Positions 63,499 through 64,000 of a DNA stretch of 64,000 bases are shown piece by piece. Source of the DNA: Methanocaldococcus sp. 16A (GTDB lineage Archaea > AGJL01 > Methanococci > Methanococcales > Methanocaldococcaceae); assembly GCA_049860595.1 (NCBI GenBank), contig CP187551.1. The stretch is one strand, 5' to 3'. The translations under genes and the position numbers were made by a program. The notes beneath the pieces are model-generated. The model saw only the letters and a list, made by a program, of their open reading frames with translations, had not been told where the DNA came from and did no database searches. Numbering within the stretch: position 1 is the first letter of the stretch; each line of letters starts with the position of its first letter.

Positions 63499-64000
63499 AT
63501 GTTAAATGAACCAGTAAAAGAAATAATGACAAAAGATGTAGTTACAGTAACACCTGATACTCCTGTTTCAAAGGCACTTGGTATAATGGAAGAGAACGGA
63601 TTTCATCATTTAATAGTTGTTGATAACAAAGATGGCAAAGAAGAATACTACTTAATAAGCATGAGAGATTTGTTGTTGGCATCATCAGTCCATGAGGAAG
63701 TAGGTTCATTAATGTATAAAGCACACTGTATACATGAAGAAACACCATTCTTAGATGCAGTTTGCGAGATGTTAGATAGTGGGCAGAGAGCAGCTCCAAT
63801 TGTTGATGATAATGGTAAATTAGTAGGAATTATTACTGACTATGACATAATGGCAAGAGCTGCGAAATCAATAATAATGAGGGATACAAAAGTTACAAAA
63901 ATAATGACAAGGAATGTTATAACAATAAAAGAAGATGATTCAATTGGTAAGGCAAGAGCTTTAATGAGAGATAACAACATTGGTAGATTAGTTGTAGTAG
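63499..64000 (+). CDS. Multi-CBS domain protein, runs off the window edge
   Basis: MLNEPVKEIMTKDVVTVTPDTPVSKAL...APIVDDNGKLVGIITDYDIM; GGTGA RBS. Confidence 0.88.
   Translation, partial: MLNEPVKEIMTKDVVTVTPDTPVSKALGIMEENGFHHLIVVDNKDGKEEYYLISMRDLLLASSVHEEVGSLMYKAHCIHEETPFLDAVCEMLDSGQRAAPIVDDNGKLVGIITDYDIMARAAKSIIMRDTKVTKIMTRNVITIKEDDSIGKARALMRDNNIGRLVVV

Overview
AT-rich (~30% GC) archaeal chromosome segment from a hyperthermophilic methanogen, most likely Methanocaldococcus (proteins closely resemble M. jannaschii homologues; MJ numbers below are from memory). Content in order: peptide/Ni ABC transporter, Hmd paralogue, MglA/MglB-like GTPase-roadblock pair, a nitrogen cluster (amtB-glnK, glnA, four-gene split glutamate synthase, nadE, with GGAA-N6-TTCC NrpR operators at glnK, glnA and nadE), selenocysteine-containing formate dehydrogenase alpha subunit, beta-carbonic anhydrase, three K+ channels, a Ski2-like helicase, housekeeping genes (hom, carS, cobT, aIF6, rpl31e, mfnA, pth2, split selU, rqcH), and a biotin cluster interrupted by accessory genes (KAP NTPase, archaeal ATPase, pseudogene fragments, AGOG). 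Three families of ~100-bp palindromic repeats are scattered through the intergenic DNA. Top observation: the fdhA SECIS lies 5' of the gene, and its two flanks (12 and 17 nt) are perfectly complementary to one contiguous 29-nt stretch of fdhA coding sequence starting 25 nt after the Sec UGA. This predicts a long-range three-way RNA junction that docks the SECIS just downstream of the recoded codon. No rRNA, tRNA, CRISPR array or intact transposase was recognised.
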